Shown: positions 15,696 through 28,166 of the stretch, piece after piece | Layout of the letters: each line of letters opens with the position of its first letter | How positions within the stretch are numbered: position 1 is the first letter of the stretch | Assembly (NCBI GenBank): GCA_002189035.1 | Contig: CM007992.1 | Coordinates: 930,001-994,000, forward strand | Source of the DNA: Utricularia gibba | Lineage: Eukaryota; Plantae; Magnoliophyta | Length of the DNA: 64,000 bases | Direction: 5' to 3' | The notes under the pieces: model-generated | What the model was told of the DNA's origin: nothing | Databases searched by the model: none | Seen by the model: the letters and a program-made list of their open reading frames with translations, nothing else | Position numbers and translations under genes: made by a program

Positions 15696-17741
15696 TCACA
15701 TCATAATACCACTGTAGCCAGGTGATCTGGAGAGCCCGGCCATTTGTATCACTCGTCTAGCTAAAAGAGCTTCATCCCATCTCCCCACGTCTGCATAAAT
15801 GTTTGAGAGTAAAACTCTGCTAGGACCATGAGAAGGCTCAACCTCAGCCAGGTTTCGAGCAACTCTTTCTCCAATCTCTGTGTCACCATGCATTTTACAG
15901 CATGATAAAAGTGCTCCCCATATAGTAACATCTGCTTTCATCGGCATGCTCTGCAACAGCTCTTCTGCTTCTTTCAGTCTTCCTGCTCTGCCTAACAGAT
16001 CCACCATACAACCGTAATGCTTAATATTTGGCTCCAATTTATACTTGCTTCTCATGCTTTTAAAGTGCTCCTTTCCTAATTCCACAAGCCCTGCATGGCA
16101 ACACGCACTCAAAACACCAATGAATGTTATTGAATTTGGTTTCAGGTCACGCCCATCGAGCCTCGAGAAAATTCTCAGCGACATTTCTCCATGTCCATGC
16201 ATAGCTAACCCACATATGATTGCATTCCATGGGGAAATATCTTTAGCTTTCTCTTCAATCTGGTTGAACATTTCTAAAGCTGAACTGATGCTACCACACT
16301 TGGAGTACATATCAATGAGAGCTGCACTCAAGCTATCAGTAAGGGAGACTGAGTTTAGTAAGATGTAGCCATGAACCCATCTTCCTTCCTCCAATCTCCC
16401 TAAGCTAGAGATTGCAGAAAGCACGCATGACAGTGTAATTTCATTAGGTTTAACACCGCTCTGCACCATCTTGACAAAAAGTTCAATGGCTAAATCAGGG
16501 TGCCCATTTTGGGTATACCCAGAAATCATTGAGCTCCAAGAGAAGATGTCTCGCTCTGGCATCTCCATAAACAAGCTCATGGATTCATCCAACAATCCGT
16601 TTCTCATGAGCCCTGATATTAATGCATTCCAAGAAGTTATGTGGTTCTTATTCCCTTCTTCAAACACTGAGCGAGCAAGTTCGACCTCCCCACAGACTGC
16701 ATAGAAATGAACCAGTGTAGCCTGCATAAAGTCATAGCACATAAACCCCATCTTAACAGACACCACATGAAACTGCTTTCCTTGAACCAACTCCTTTTCG
16801 TCTCCACAAAAGGCAATGAGGTTGACTATCATAACTTCATTTGGGTACAAATCTGTGTGCCTCATTCTGCAGTAGAGCGACAAAGCCTCTGTCAACTTAC
16901 CTGTGTGTATATATCCATCGATCATGGTACCCCATGAGACCACATCCTTTTCTGGGATTGACTCGAACAGATTCCTTGCCAATTCAAGCTGCTCTGCTTT
17001 GACATATCCATTTAACATTACATTCCAAGAAACCACATTCGGATCAAGAATGCTGTCGAAAATCATTTGGGCCTCATCAAGACGTGAACTTACACAGTAA
17101 AGCAGAACCAAGTTGGTTGAAACCAAAACGTTGTCATCAAAACCAAGTTTCAAAGCAAGGCCATGCAAAAACACCGCACTTCTTCCAACATCGCCAAGGC
17201 GTGCATATGATGAGGTAACAGTAGCCACTGTCACTTCTTGCAGGAAAAGATTGAAGAACCTCATTTCCCAGAAGAGTCTGATAGCATCCTCGTAGTGCTC
17301 CTTCCTAGCAAAACCCATGATCATCGTTGTATAGGATACAGAGTTCCTTGCAGGCATTTTCAGGAACAACTCATATGCATCATTTATAAGACCTTGTCTA
17401 ACATAACCACCGAGCATGATGTTGTTTGACACTAAATCCGGCTTCACTGAATGATCAAAAATCGATTTTGCGCATGAAAGCAGCCCCACTTTTGAGTACA
17501 TGCTGATCAAGCTGTTCTGCAAGAAAACATTAGAAGCCAGCCCGGATTTTATTACGTAGCAATGTAACTGCTGGCCGCCTGAAACCAATGAGGGCGACAA
17601 CGAGATGGATTTGAGTGCAGAAACGAGGAAGAACTCCACATGATTGGGGTTACCCTTCATGCCAAGCTCTGATACATCTATGCTTCTGATTCCGGGGATA
17701 CGGATTCGCACACATTGCTTTCCAATTCCGCGCAAGAACAT
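15696..17741 (-). CDS. MEF18: PLS-class PPR with E domain, At5g19020/MEF18-like mitochondrial editing factor
   Basis: Intact 681-aa ORF; DFMQATLVHFYAV, ISPWNAIICGLAMHGH, KHYGCMVDLLGRAG, PSHGPSRVLLSNIYA; ends without a DYW domain. Confidence 0.88.
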   Translation of the reverse strand: MFLRGIGKQCVRIRIPGIRSIDVSELGMKGNPNHVEFFLVSALKSISLSPSLVSGGQQLHCYVIKSGLASNVFLQNSLISMYSKVGLLSCAKSIFDHSVKPDLVSNNIMLGGYVRQGLINDAYELFLKMPARNSVSYTTMIMGFARKEHYEDAIRLFWEMRFFNLFLQEVTVATVTSSYARLGDVGRSAVFLHGLALKLGFDDNVLVSTNLVLLYCVSSRLDEAQMIFDSILDPNVVSWNVMLNGYVKAEQLELARNLFESIPEKDVVSWGTMIDGYIHTGKLTEALSLYCRMRHTDLYPNEVMIVNLIAFCGDEKELVQGKQFHVVSVKMGFMCYDFMQATLVHFYAVCGEVELARSVFEEGNKNHITSWNALISGLMRNGLLDESMSLFMEMPERDIFSWSSMISGYTQNGHPDLAIELFVKMVQSGVKPNEITLSCVLSAISSLGRLEEGRWVHGYILLNSVSLTDSLSAALIDMYSKCGSISSALEMFNQIEEKAKDISPWNAIICGLAMHGHGEMSLRIFSRLDGRDLKPNSITFIGVLSACCHAGLVELGKEHFKSMRSKYKLEPNIKHYGCMVDLLGRAGRLKEAEELLQSMPMKADVTIWGALLSCCKMHGDTEIGERVARNLAEVEPSHGPSRVLLSNIYADVGRWDEALLARRVIQMAGLSRSPGYSGIMM

Positions 17742-18429
17742 CAGGAAATTGCAATGTCATACGCCCACTTTGATAAAACAAGTCGATTTCCATGGTGGGG
17801 ATAATCTGATTGCACCAAACTTCGCCCGGTTGCGCATCTCAAAACCCACGTCAACTAAAAAAAACCCTAGCCGGGAAATAAAAAAGTGTTCTTGATAGAG
17901 GTCAGAGGGCTGCAACCATGAAATCGACGAACTGGAGCTAAATCCGAAAACCGAAATCACCACTCCAGGATGGAAAATATTGCTAATGATGGCCAGATGA
18001 GATGCCGAGATAAACTCCGTTTTTCTATCGTTCATACTCAGAAACCAGAACCCGGAGAAAAGCACCCACATCCATGCTCCCCAACTCGCTGGTATCAGAG
18101 CAGGCCGAGCTTGATTCATGGGCAACAAAATTTAGGGCTTTATGGGTGGAAGCTTGCAGGGCTTGGAGTGCATGCACGTCGCTTGCTTGCTTCAATTGTG
18201 CGCATTCATGAGAGAATGAAGAAGAGGAAGTCAACCAGATGAATCTATTGCTGAAGCAGCCATCAACCATTTACTTGGTATTTACATACTCTTAAAACTA
18301 AAAGGAAAAATCAAAGCTTACAACCGACACACGACAGGGATGGTCGCGCGGAACTGTCAGTGCATCGCTAAAATGGGCATAAAAAGCAACAAGAGTACTG
18401 TTCATGCTGCTGCTGGTCTTCTCGCTGGG

Positions 18430-20005
18430 TCAGTCCTGATGGGCGTCCTCCATTGGGGCGGCGAATCTAACATTCCCGGGCCTCTCTGCAACCACCGGCT
18501 CCTCCGCAAACAGCGCTTTTATTATACTAGGAGTTTTAAGGGGTCGTCGCCCAGTCATTCGAGGATACACATCTTCAAGAAAATAGTAGGCATGCCCAGC
18601 AATCATTCCCTAGTGCAGAACCAGAAACAGGTAAATATTTATTTTTCCGATCACCAGCAAAACCAGGAGTGGTAGAGAGAAGGACAAGATACCAGAAGAT
18701 CCACCCAAGCACTGGCGCCCACTAGAACTGAAAATCCAAGAAGAACCTACAGGAGAAAGAGGGAACATCACAACCACGTAAAATGATCATTTACAGTGAA
18801 TTATCAAAATCTGCAATCAACTTCAATACACTGACCACCAAGTCTCATTTTTTTCATATTCCATGACATTCATCTCATTAAATGAAGAAACTACTAACCT
18901 AAACTACAAATACATGGTTATGACACACCAAATAAACCGGTGAGTACCCAGTATCGCTAAGCAGCGGGTTCATTCACTTACCCAGGGGAGATATGCCGCT
19001 GTGAAAGTAAACAGGCCCAGAAAGCTCATGTGGATATAAGGGTTCTGCTTGCTCCACACATACACCTTGCGGAAGGCAATAAAACAGAGATTTGGGTGAA
19101 TGAAGGCCACAGGTTGAAATAATCAAATACACTACTGGATCATTAGCAAACTAACCATCATGAATGTAAGTGAATTGCTAAGAAATATAATCTTTGCAAA
19201 TGATTCTGACACGTAGGGGATCATCCCCCCTAAAAGAACAATTCCAGTCAGAACACTTGCTCCAAACAGTAACATATAGAAGAAATCAGCTGTCCTTCCA
19301 CGAAAGGAGTTTTCTTCAAGAAGTTTGCAGTACCGAGCGAGAAAGAACATGTGAAACAAAAAGTCCAAATCTGAAACGTAAGAAAGTGAAATCAATTGAG
19401 ACAATTTACTGCAGTAACTAAACTAAAAAAAACAAGAAAATCAATCATTCAAAGGAAAAGATCAACACATCTGAATCTTAAGACATGAATCCGCTCCACT
19501 AATCATCCAGGGAAAAAATAAAAACTATAATAACCAGGTACAGCCAAACATTTGAAACCAGTTAATTACCCATCTTGCGGAAATAAAGAAAATTGGTGGC
19601 AATACGCCAGACTTGGTAATCCTTCACCACGAGCTTCGGATTCAAGTACAGATCATACGGCGATATAATCTGCAAATTTACACAAAAAAAAAAAAATTAC
19701 GCACACGAATCACATTTCATCGATAATGCTTCACCAATTCAGTTAATCTTTTTTTCACGATAAAGAATACCTAACAAACGGCAATATCGAAAATCCCAGT
19801 GGGAGAAACAAATTGATATGGAAGAAATTAATCAAATTTGATGTAAAAAATCAGCAACGATCCAACAAAGCCGCACAAATACATACATAAAGCACAAAAA
19901 AATTACATCGAGAGAGCAACCGATGGTGGTGACAATCGCTGCAGTAAGGTATGAACGCGTGATGATGGGCATCTGCTTGTACCAATCTTCTACAGCTTGT
20001 GCCAT
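18430..20005 (-). CDS. DER2: Derlin-2 (ERAD membrane component), 6 exons
   Basis: [60 protein letters not shown]; stop TGA at 18430-18432. Needs +1 base near 19588-19591 to restore TNFLYFRKM. Confidence 0.95.
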
Positions 20006-20254
20006 ACTCGCAAACCCCACAATCTATCTACCACGCAAAACCAACACAAAAAAAACCCTAGCCAGGAAAGAAAAAGATTCAATACAACCGAAATCAAGCA
20101 ACTTCGAATCAAGACGAGATCGCCTCCAAACGAGTAACAGTAATCGCTGCTGCAGATAAAAAGTACGAACAAAACCAAATCAGCTTCCACAAATTCTCCA
20201 AGCGGAATTTGTGTAATGTGAGCGTCGCTTGGAAGGCGATGCGCTGGACAATGT

Positions 20255-20291
20255 GATGACGTAGTGCACCAGTTGATCGACGCACACGTCA
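20255..20291. promoter_or_regulatory. UPRE-like bZIP elements in the Derlin promoter
   Basis: GATGACGT at 20255-20262 and ACACGTCA (TGACGTGT on -) at 20284-20291, just upstream of an ERAD gene. Confidence 0.5.
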
Positions 20292-21117
20292 CGCCTTTTA
20301 TGGCTTTAAATTCCCAATTTAATTATACTCCTATAAAAATATATATATATAAATTCCCTATTTAATTATACAAAACTAATTATCTTCAATTTTTTGTTTG
20401 AAAAAAATACAATAAAAACAGTTTAATTTTTTTTTTCAGTATAAAGATTTTAACTTTCAAATTTCAAAATTAAAAACAACACTTCAAGTTGTTAAAACGG
20501 TACAATGAAGATCTAAAAAGTTTTTTAAATTATTAAAAAGTGATCAAGTACGATACGACGTGGTGAATCAATTCCTAATACAATAAAATTTTGTATTAGA
20601 ATTTTTCGCATTCGTATATAAAGTTCGATAAATCAAATCTATTATTAAAATTATATCAAATTCATATTTCATTATTTTTGGAGTCCAACAAAGGCCAAAT
20701 CATCAAAGAAATAGGAATGTAAATTATGAGTACTGTTAATAATGATATATCATTATAAGGATATTAAAATCAAAATTGATTAGTTAACATAATAGGTTAA
20801 ATATATAATTTCATAATTTTGAAATTAAATTGTTTATAAGAAAAATAAATTGAAAAGCTTATATCACAATTTTGAAATTTAAGTACTAAATGTTTAATAC
20901 TGATTATAACTTGGAATATGGTCCTAAACTCCACTCATATATTAATACAAAAAAATAATATTAAAAATGATCAAATTTTCCTCCTGCAAAAAAAGCTACC
21001 AAACTCTTGATGCCTTCTTGTGGAATTGAGTGACCTCCACATTCACAATCTTTGCACTTCTCTGAAGAGTTCTCGTATATAAAATCATATTTCCTATTGG
21101 AAACCGAATAACTGCAG

Positions 21118-22786
21118 ATGGGGAACCACACCGCCAACTGCTTTCTCATAGCGTCTGCTCTCAGTTTCCTGCTTCTGAGTCAGGGGCATCATCTTGCCCA
21201 CGCAGCAGGGGAGGGAAGGAGCAATGGCAGCTTCTGCTCAGGAACACCGGCGTCGTGGCGATGCACATGGCCTTGACTCACGACAACACCGTCGTGATGT
21301 TCGACCAGACGGACGAGGGGCCGACCAGCTACAGAATCTCGAGCAAGAGATGCACCAGAGCACCATCATCGTGTTATGTTCACTCTGTGGAGTATAACAT
21401 CGGGAGGAACTCCATACGCCCTCTGCATATCAATGCCAATACCTGGTACTCGTCAGGTTCTATCAACAGCAATGGAACTGTGGTTCAGACTGGAGGGTTT
21501 GGCGGCGGTTCCCGGAGGATTCATCGCTTTGAACCCTGTGAAGAAGGCCATTGTGACTGGAAACAGGGGAGCAAGCTCTTATCGGCAAATAGATGGTATG
21601 CTTCGAATGTACGGTTACCGGAAGATGACAGGATGGTTGTTGTTGGAGGGAGAGGTGTGTTTTCCTATGAGTTCGTGCCGAAGAGGACGCCCCAAGAAGG
21701 GTCTTTCGACCTTCCGTTTCTGCACAGAACATACGGAAAGAGTGATGAGGAGAGCAATCTTTACCCCTTTGTTCACCTCTCTTCTGATGGGAATCTGTTC
21801 ATTTTTGCAAACAGGGATTCGATTCTTTTTAACTACAAGAGAAATTTAGTAGTGAAAAGCTTTCCGAGAATACCTGGAAGAGGTTCAAGAAGCTATCCCA
21901 ACGGTGGATCCTCTGTGATTCTACCCCTGCATCACAGAGACGGTTTCAAGAAAGTGGAAGTCATGATCTGCGGAGGTGCGGCATCAGGGGCTTTATTGGG
22001 AGCTCAACGAGGCATATATTTGCAGGGGAAGAGCACCTGCGGGAGAATGGTGATCACAGGGCGTATCCATGAGTGGAAAATGGAGAGAATGCCCCATCCA
22101 AGACTCATGCATGACATGATCCTTGTCCCTAATGGTGACATTCTGATCATCAACGGAGCTCAAAATGGTTCTGCTGGACCGAACTGTGCATCGAATCCGG
22201 CATACAGTCCATATCTCTACAAGCCAAAGAAGCCCCTAGGGAGAAGATTTCAGGTCCTTAAGCCAACCAGAATTGCAAGGCTTCATCATTCAACAGCTCT
22301 TCTGTTACCTGATGGGAGAGTTCTCATTGCTGGAAGCAATCCCAACAACAACTACACCTTAAACAATGTTCCTCACCCCACGGAACTCCGATTGCAAGCT
22401 TTCGTTCCAGGCCACATGAACAAAGCATTTGGGGCAGAAGACCTCAGAATGTGTCAATAAACACAACCACGAAGGAAGCATCTGTGGGATACAATAAAGA
22501 GTTCGAGGTTAAGTTTCTGTTGGAGAAGAGAGAAGCGCACCATCTGAAAGAGCAAGTTTCTTTTACAGCATACGCACCGCCTTTCACAACTCATTCTATC
22601 TCCATGAACCAGAGGCTACTGATTCTTAAGTGCAATAGCATTGCGAGAGGTGATGATGGCAGGGTCACTGCCCTTGTTGAGGCTCCTCCATCTCAGAAAG
22701 TAGCTCCATCTGGTTTCTACATGCTATCGGTGGTCAACAATGGCATTCCCAGTACTTCCGTCTGGATCAAGTTCACTGAGAACTGA
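21118..22786 (+). CDS. GLOX: Glyoxal/aldehyde oxidase GLOX-type copper radical oxidase homolog, intronless, with substituted active-site residues
   Basis: Signal-peptide-like start MGNHTANCFLIASALSFLLL; QWQLLLRNTGVVAMHMAL, RWYASN, NLYPFVHL, GRVLIAGSNP, APPFTTHSISMNQR, APSGFYML. Needs +1 G at 21208-21211 and at 22431-22434. Confidence 0.88.
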
Positions 22787-23027
22787 AATACATGTAACAA
22801 AAAGAGCCTTACACAATAAAGGTCTTGGTTTTAAGAGCAATGCTACTTCACGGTTATCATCTCATTGGCTTTAATCTTTCATGTAGGAATTAATAGGGAA
22901 GGTAACAAGTGGCCAGTTCCAGAAAAAGGCTTGATCATCATAATGAGTACAATGAACAAATCTTACAAACTAACTATAAATAATACGAATTTTTGCTCTT
23001 GCTAGTAACGACCTTCTCACATGTTCC

Positions 23028-25370
23028 TTATTCCTTGAGAAGAAGGGGCTCAGTTGCATCTTGCCACTTGTCTAGACGCTTCTTAGCCTTCTCCACCTGA
23101 GATTTTGTTGGCATCACGTGTATTGTGAGGGAAAAAGAAACATGCTCAAGATTATGTAACAAAACAAGTTCAATACATAACATACCTCTTGGTTCCAATC
23201 TGTGCGAAACGTGACCCAAAGTAAAATGAAGGTCTGCATCACAGTACCGCCGATCATCCCAGACCAAATACCCTGTGAGTCACAAGTTAAATTTGAACAT
23301 AACCACGCTCATTCTCGTTCTTGCTAAAGGACGAGATAGAGGACATGAAACCATAGTTATAATTCAAGTTAACCACCAGGCTTAAATGACATCACTCCTC
23401 GTACAAAGATGTGTCGTTTACATCAATGTCTGATATGGGACTTTTTCCACATTCTCCAACAGTTCTTCAAACAAGAATGGATTAGGTGGCTTAGGATAGG
23501 TAGCAGTGGATACCTTAACACCAAAATTGAATGTGAATCCAAGAAGGCAGCCAATTGGGATCCCCACTAGGTAGTAACAACCGACATTGATGTACGCCAC
23601 GAACACTTGCCACCCGCAGCCCACAGCGACCCCTGCAATCATGCACAATACCATTAAGAAAAATACCCACGAACGTGCTTGTATTCTTTTGTAAACTCTA
23701 GAGTAATGATTCAAGTTTTGTTTTCAATGCAGCGTTGGGCATGGGAATGGCCCTACGCATTGAATGGACCAGTCTTTGGCACGACACGGCCAGACACACG
23801 AAAACGACAGGAGGTGGGAGTGCCATAAGCAGCCAAACTAAGGTTAAATAGTTTGAGACGTATCTCTTACCGGAAAGAACAGGCTGAAGTCCATTGAGAA
23901 TGAGCGTGACCGCCAGATACGGACAAAGGTCCGCCACCGCATCGGCCACGGTTTCGCCGCCGGTGAATAGGTAGCTTATCGAGTGGCGTAGCCATAACAC
24001 GATCGCCGCCTCCACCACCGCCACCACCAACGACAAGGTATTCACCACCAACACCGAAAACGCCGCCGATTTCGGATGACCCGCCCCGATCTCATTCCCC
24101 ACCCTTACACTGCAGTCGCAATCACACAAATAATTTACATTATATTTAGTATATCAATTATATATTAAATTAATTAATTTAATTATATAATATCACCTTG
24201 CCGCCGCATTGAACCCAACGGAGACCATGAACAGTAACCCGCTGATGGACATGCTGTGGATGCAAAGGAAGGAGCGGTCAGAAACTGGCACCGAACCGGT
24301 CGGTCTAATGGTTCCGGTTTAGTGTGGCTTGAACCGGATGTGCTTACCAAACGGAGAGGGCATCGAGAGCCAGCTCAGGGTTCTCGAGCAACCCTGCAAT
24401 CAAGACTAGTACCTGAAAGTACCACGTCTCCAAGCACAGCATCACCGCCGAGGCGATGGACAGTTTCACGAACTCCCATAGACCGGAAAAGGCCTCGGCC
24501 TTGAACCCGGTCCAGGTGCTCTTGCACCGCCGGCTCGTCACGATGTACGCGAACTGGGCCGCCACGATGATCCACCAGGAGACGCTCAAGACCAGGGAAG
24601 CCCCGAGGAGCCCCATCCCGATCTTGTAGACCGCCAACCAGGAGATAACCACGTGGAAAACCAGAGTGGCGAGTGAGATGAACGCGCTCGGCGCCACGAT
24701 GCTCTGCGCCTGCAGAAACTTCTGGATCGGGAAGTTGATGGCGTACGCGAACACTTGGGGGATCAATCCGTAGACGAAGAGCGAGGCGAGTTGCGAGACG
24801 CGCTCGGACTCGCCGATCAGGAGGAGGATTTGCCGCGACAGGAGGTAGACGACTGTTATGGGGAGGCAGAAGAGGGTGAGGATCACGACGGCGCGTTGGA
24901 GGTACACGCCTAGCGCGTCGTACCGCCGTGCCCCGAACGCCTGCCCACACAGCGTCTCCACCGCGCTCCCCATTCCCAGCTAAATAGCCAGCCACCATCT
25001 ATCAGAAAACGGAAGGTGCGGGAGGCGGGTCGTGAGTCACACAAGAAAAAAGTATACGTACCAGGAGGCCGTAAGCGAACAACTGGATGCCGTTGTTGCC
25101 GAGGCATGCGGCGGCGAACTCGAGGTTTCCCAGTTGGCCGGAGAAGATGCGGGTGGACATGGACATGGCGTTGTTTATGAGGTACATGGAGACGGCAGGT
25201 GCAGCCAGCTTGAATAGCTTATTCAGCTCAATGGAGGTTGCTCTCGTAATTCGCTGGAGGAAGTGAAGATCAGGATCGGAGAGCACGTTCTCTAGCTCAG
25301 AGCTAACGTGGACGACGGCGGAGGTGGTTTCCGGTGGAGGGAATGAATGCTGAGGTTCATCGTGTTCCAT
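23028..25370 (-). CDS. MATE/DETOXIFICATION efflux transporter (DTX36/37-like), multi-exon
   Basis: [81 protein letters not shown]. Confidence 0.95.
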
Positions 25371-25793
25371 GGTAGCGCCTCCCCCTCAGCTGCGCATAGG
25401 GAAAGCCAACCATTCCCATTTATTGAGCATTTTTGTTTTGTTTTTGTTTTTGTTTTTTTTTTTGGGATGAACGAAAATAAAATGGGACTCTCCAACAGCC
25501 ACAGAAATCACCTCATCAACATATTAAAAAAGTGGAGATTTTTATTACAACAATTTAATTTTTATTATATTTGAACGGATATGATTTTTGGATAATTAAA
25601 TATTTATTTGGAACAATTTTTGCAAAATTTTTTGAAGAATATTTTTATATTAAATTTCAAAAAGATGTATAAATTCAATTTATTTTTTTATTATTGAAAA
25701 TTGGATTTTCAAAAAATAGAATGGGAAAATATACGAATATTTGTTTATCCATTGATTGAATTATTTCAATTGTATTAACGCTGTTGTATTGTA

Positions 25794-25882
25794 GTGGGCC
25801 TGGAATCGTGGCCCACTTGCTGTCGTCTGTTTGTCATTCAGCGTTTATGGACCTACAATTTGGGCTGGGCCATGCCCAAAAA
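25794..25882. promoter_or_regulatory. Site II (TGGGCY) cluster arranged as two short inverted repeats upstream of the MATE gene
   Basis: AGTGGGCC..GGCCCACT and TTTGGGC..GCCCAAA, within an otherwise AT-rich spacer. Confidence 0.45.
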
Positions 25883-26898
25883 TTTCACAGTGGGAGAGAC
25901 ATAGTGTATGATCTGTTGGAATATTTAAGTACTATATTGAGAGAGTAAATTTATTCAAGTAATTATCAAGTCTTGAAGATTAAAACTAATTTCCTAATCT
26001 TATGTAAGATTGGGGAAGTGGTAGACTTGATCTAATTCACTATTTTACCATGCGTTACATTTTATTCTATTGTTCTTATTTTATAAATGATTAAGTAAAT
26101 ATATTTTATATTTTATGTGATTTTTTTGATTTTATGTTTCTTTATTTCCTTTCCAACCAACATGATTCAAAGCAAAGCAAAGAGATGGAATGACACAAAC
26201 ATAAGTCACACAAAAATTGATCATCTGGTTGTGTGATATGTTGAAATTAAAGATTTTATAGATCTTATGAATATATATAAAGTTCAAAATACACAAATAT
26301 GTAAAATATATTATAAAAAATTAGACTCAATTGATTAATAGTAATTTAAAATTTATTTTATACTTAATTAGCTCATTTTCAAATATCGATGTGATATTAT
26401 TTCTTTTAATATTTGATTTCAATTCCAATTGGTCTTTTTTTATCTGTTTAAAATTTATTTTTGTATATAGTCATAGGTAGTATTTAAGTCACAAGTTATC
26501 ATCTAAGTTCAATACATTTATTTATTTTTAATCAGAATTCATATCAATATGAAAACAATCTTATCCATCCAAGTCATGTTGTAAGGTAAAAGTTATGATA
26601 ATATGTTAAAATCAAAGATTCAATACATTACTAATAATATGTTATTTATTTTATATTTGATAATTTGAATTTAAAATATTGAGGCTAGATTATTTGTTGT
26701 AATATGATGGATGCACAAGGAGTTCGAGTTCACTGGGCGTAGTGTGCCCATCCCATCTGCGCGTCTCTCTCTGAGTGTGCGTGTCGGTTTCTTGATGGGC
26801 TTGAGGCACGTTGTGTGTCACAGTCGCAACATCCCATCCCATTCGGAATCTCCTCCTCCTATTCTCTGTTACCATAAATCCTGGGCATTCTCGAACGT

Positions 26899-26923
26899 GG
26901 GATGGGATGGGATGGGATGGGAT
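26899..26923 (+). repeat. (GGGAT)5 pentanucleotide run, putative G-quadruplex
   Basis: Five GGG tracts with 2-nt loops; complementary CCCATCCCA tracts lie upstream at about 26745 and 26833. Confidence 0.75.
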
Positions 26924-28131
26924 GATAACCAATAAAGCCACCCGCTTCTGAGTAAATTCTGATAACATTATATTGAATACATGATACTATATCGAAAAAT
27001 GACAGTGGAATAATCAAGTATATAAAAAATTATAGATTATAATTAATTGGTTGAATTTAATTTTTTCTATTATGATTCATGTTTATTATGTATTTGAATT
27101 TGACGTATGTACTCACCCAATACATAGTATATTGAATTTCTAACACAGTAAACGTGTGGTGTGCTGTATATACAGAGAAAGGAGATGGCGTCACAAGTCA
27201 CGACGCGTGTAGCCAGCCCATTTTTTCCTGTTTGTGCGTTGTGGTTGTGGGGAGGCTGCGGGTATTAACTATTAATGCGAAATAGGCGCTTCCTGAGGTG
27301 GAGGTCCTCCACCCTTTTCGCATTCAATCACGCCTACTACTCATGCAGGCACCTTCACCTCGCCAACCACTCTTCTGACTTTAATTCATTACACCCTCAG
27401 CACACACCATTTCAAACATTCATATTCATATTCAAATTATTCATTTTTATTCATGTGTACGTGACAAGGATAACCATTTTATGAGATAGTTCAAGCCCGG
27501 TGCCCGGAGCTTCCTCTCGTTGCATGTAGTGGGGTTGCTTCATAGTTGCTGTCTAGTTGCTCTCAAAAATTAAGTCATACATGTGTGACTATCAACTAAT
27601 TCAAACTGAATTATTAAATTATCTATAGTTTATTTGATGATACTTGCTATTCAGATAATTATATTCATTTTTAAATCATGTATTTAAATTATTAATTTTT
27701 AAGTAAATACACATTTTATATGTTTGATAAGATAGATTTAATAAACATACAATGTTTTAAATTATACAAATAATAAAAATTTAAACATACTAAAGAAATA
27801 CCGTAGAAAAAAAAGATAAATAATGTGTTTACCAAATATAGATAATTCGTATTTAAAAAGCTAAATAAATATATTAAAAATGCACTATAAACCTGGGTAT
27901 TTTATTAAATTACTCAATGTATCAGTATCTCTCACACATTAAGGTTATTTTTTTCAATATAAGATGGGTATTTTTATCACATATTTAAATTACAGTGGAT
28001 ATTTTCCAAATTAACTTATATAAACCTACATCTAAACACAAGAAGTTGATCCAAACCCACAAGACTTGTAAGAATAAAATGGTGCACATTTGGAGGAAGC
28101 ATCCTTCTTGAAATAAATCATTGCAGTTGAA

Positions 28132-28166
28132 ACACACACACACACACACATTCATTCATTCATTCA
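28132..28166. repeat. Compound microsatellite (AC)9 + (TTCA)4
   Basis: Read directly; a (TTA)7 run follows at 28292-28313. Confidence 0.85.
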
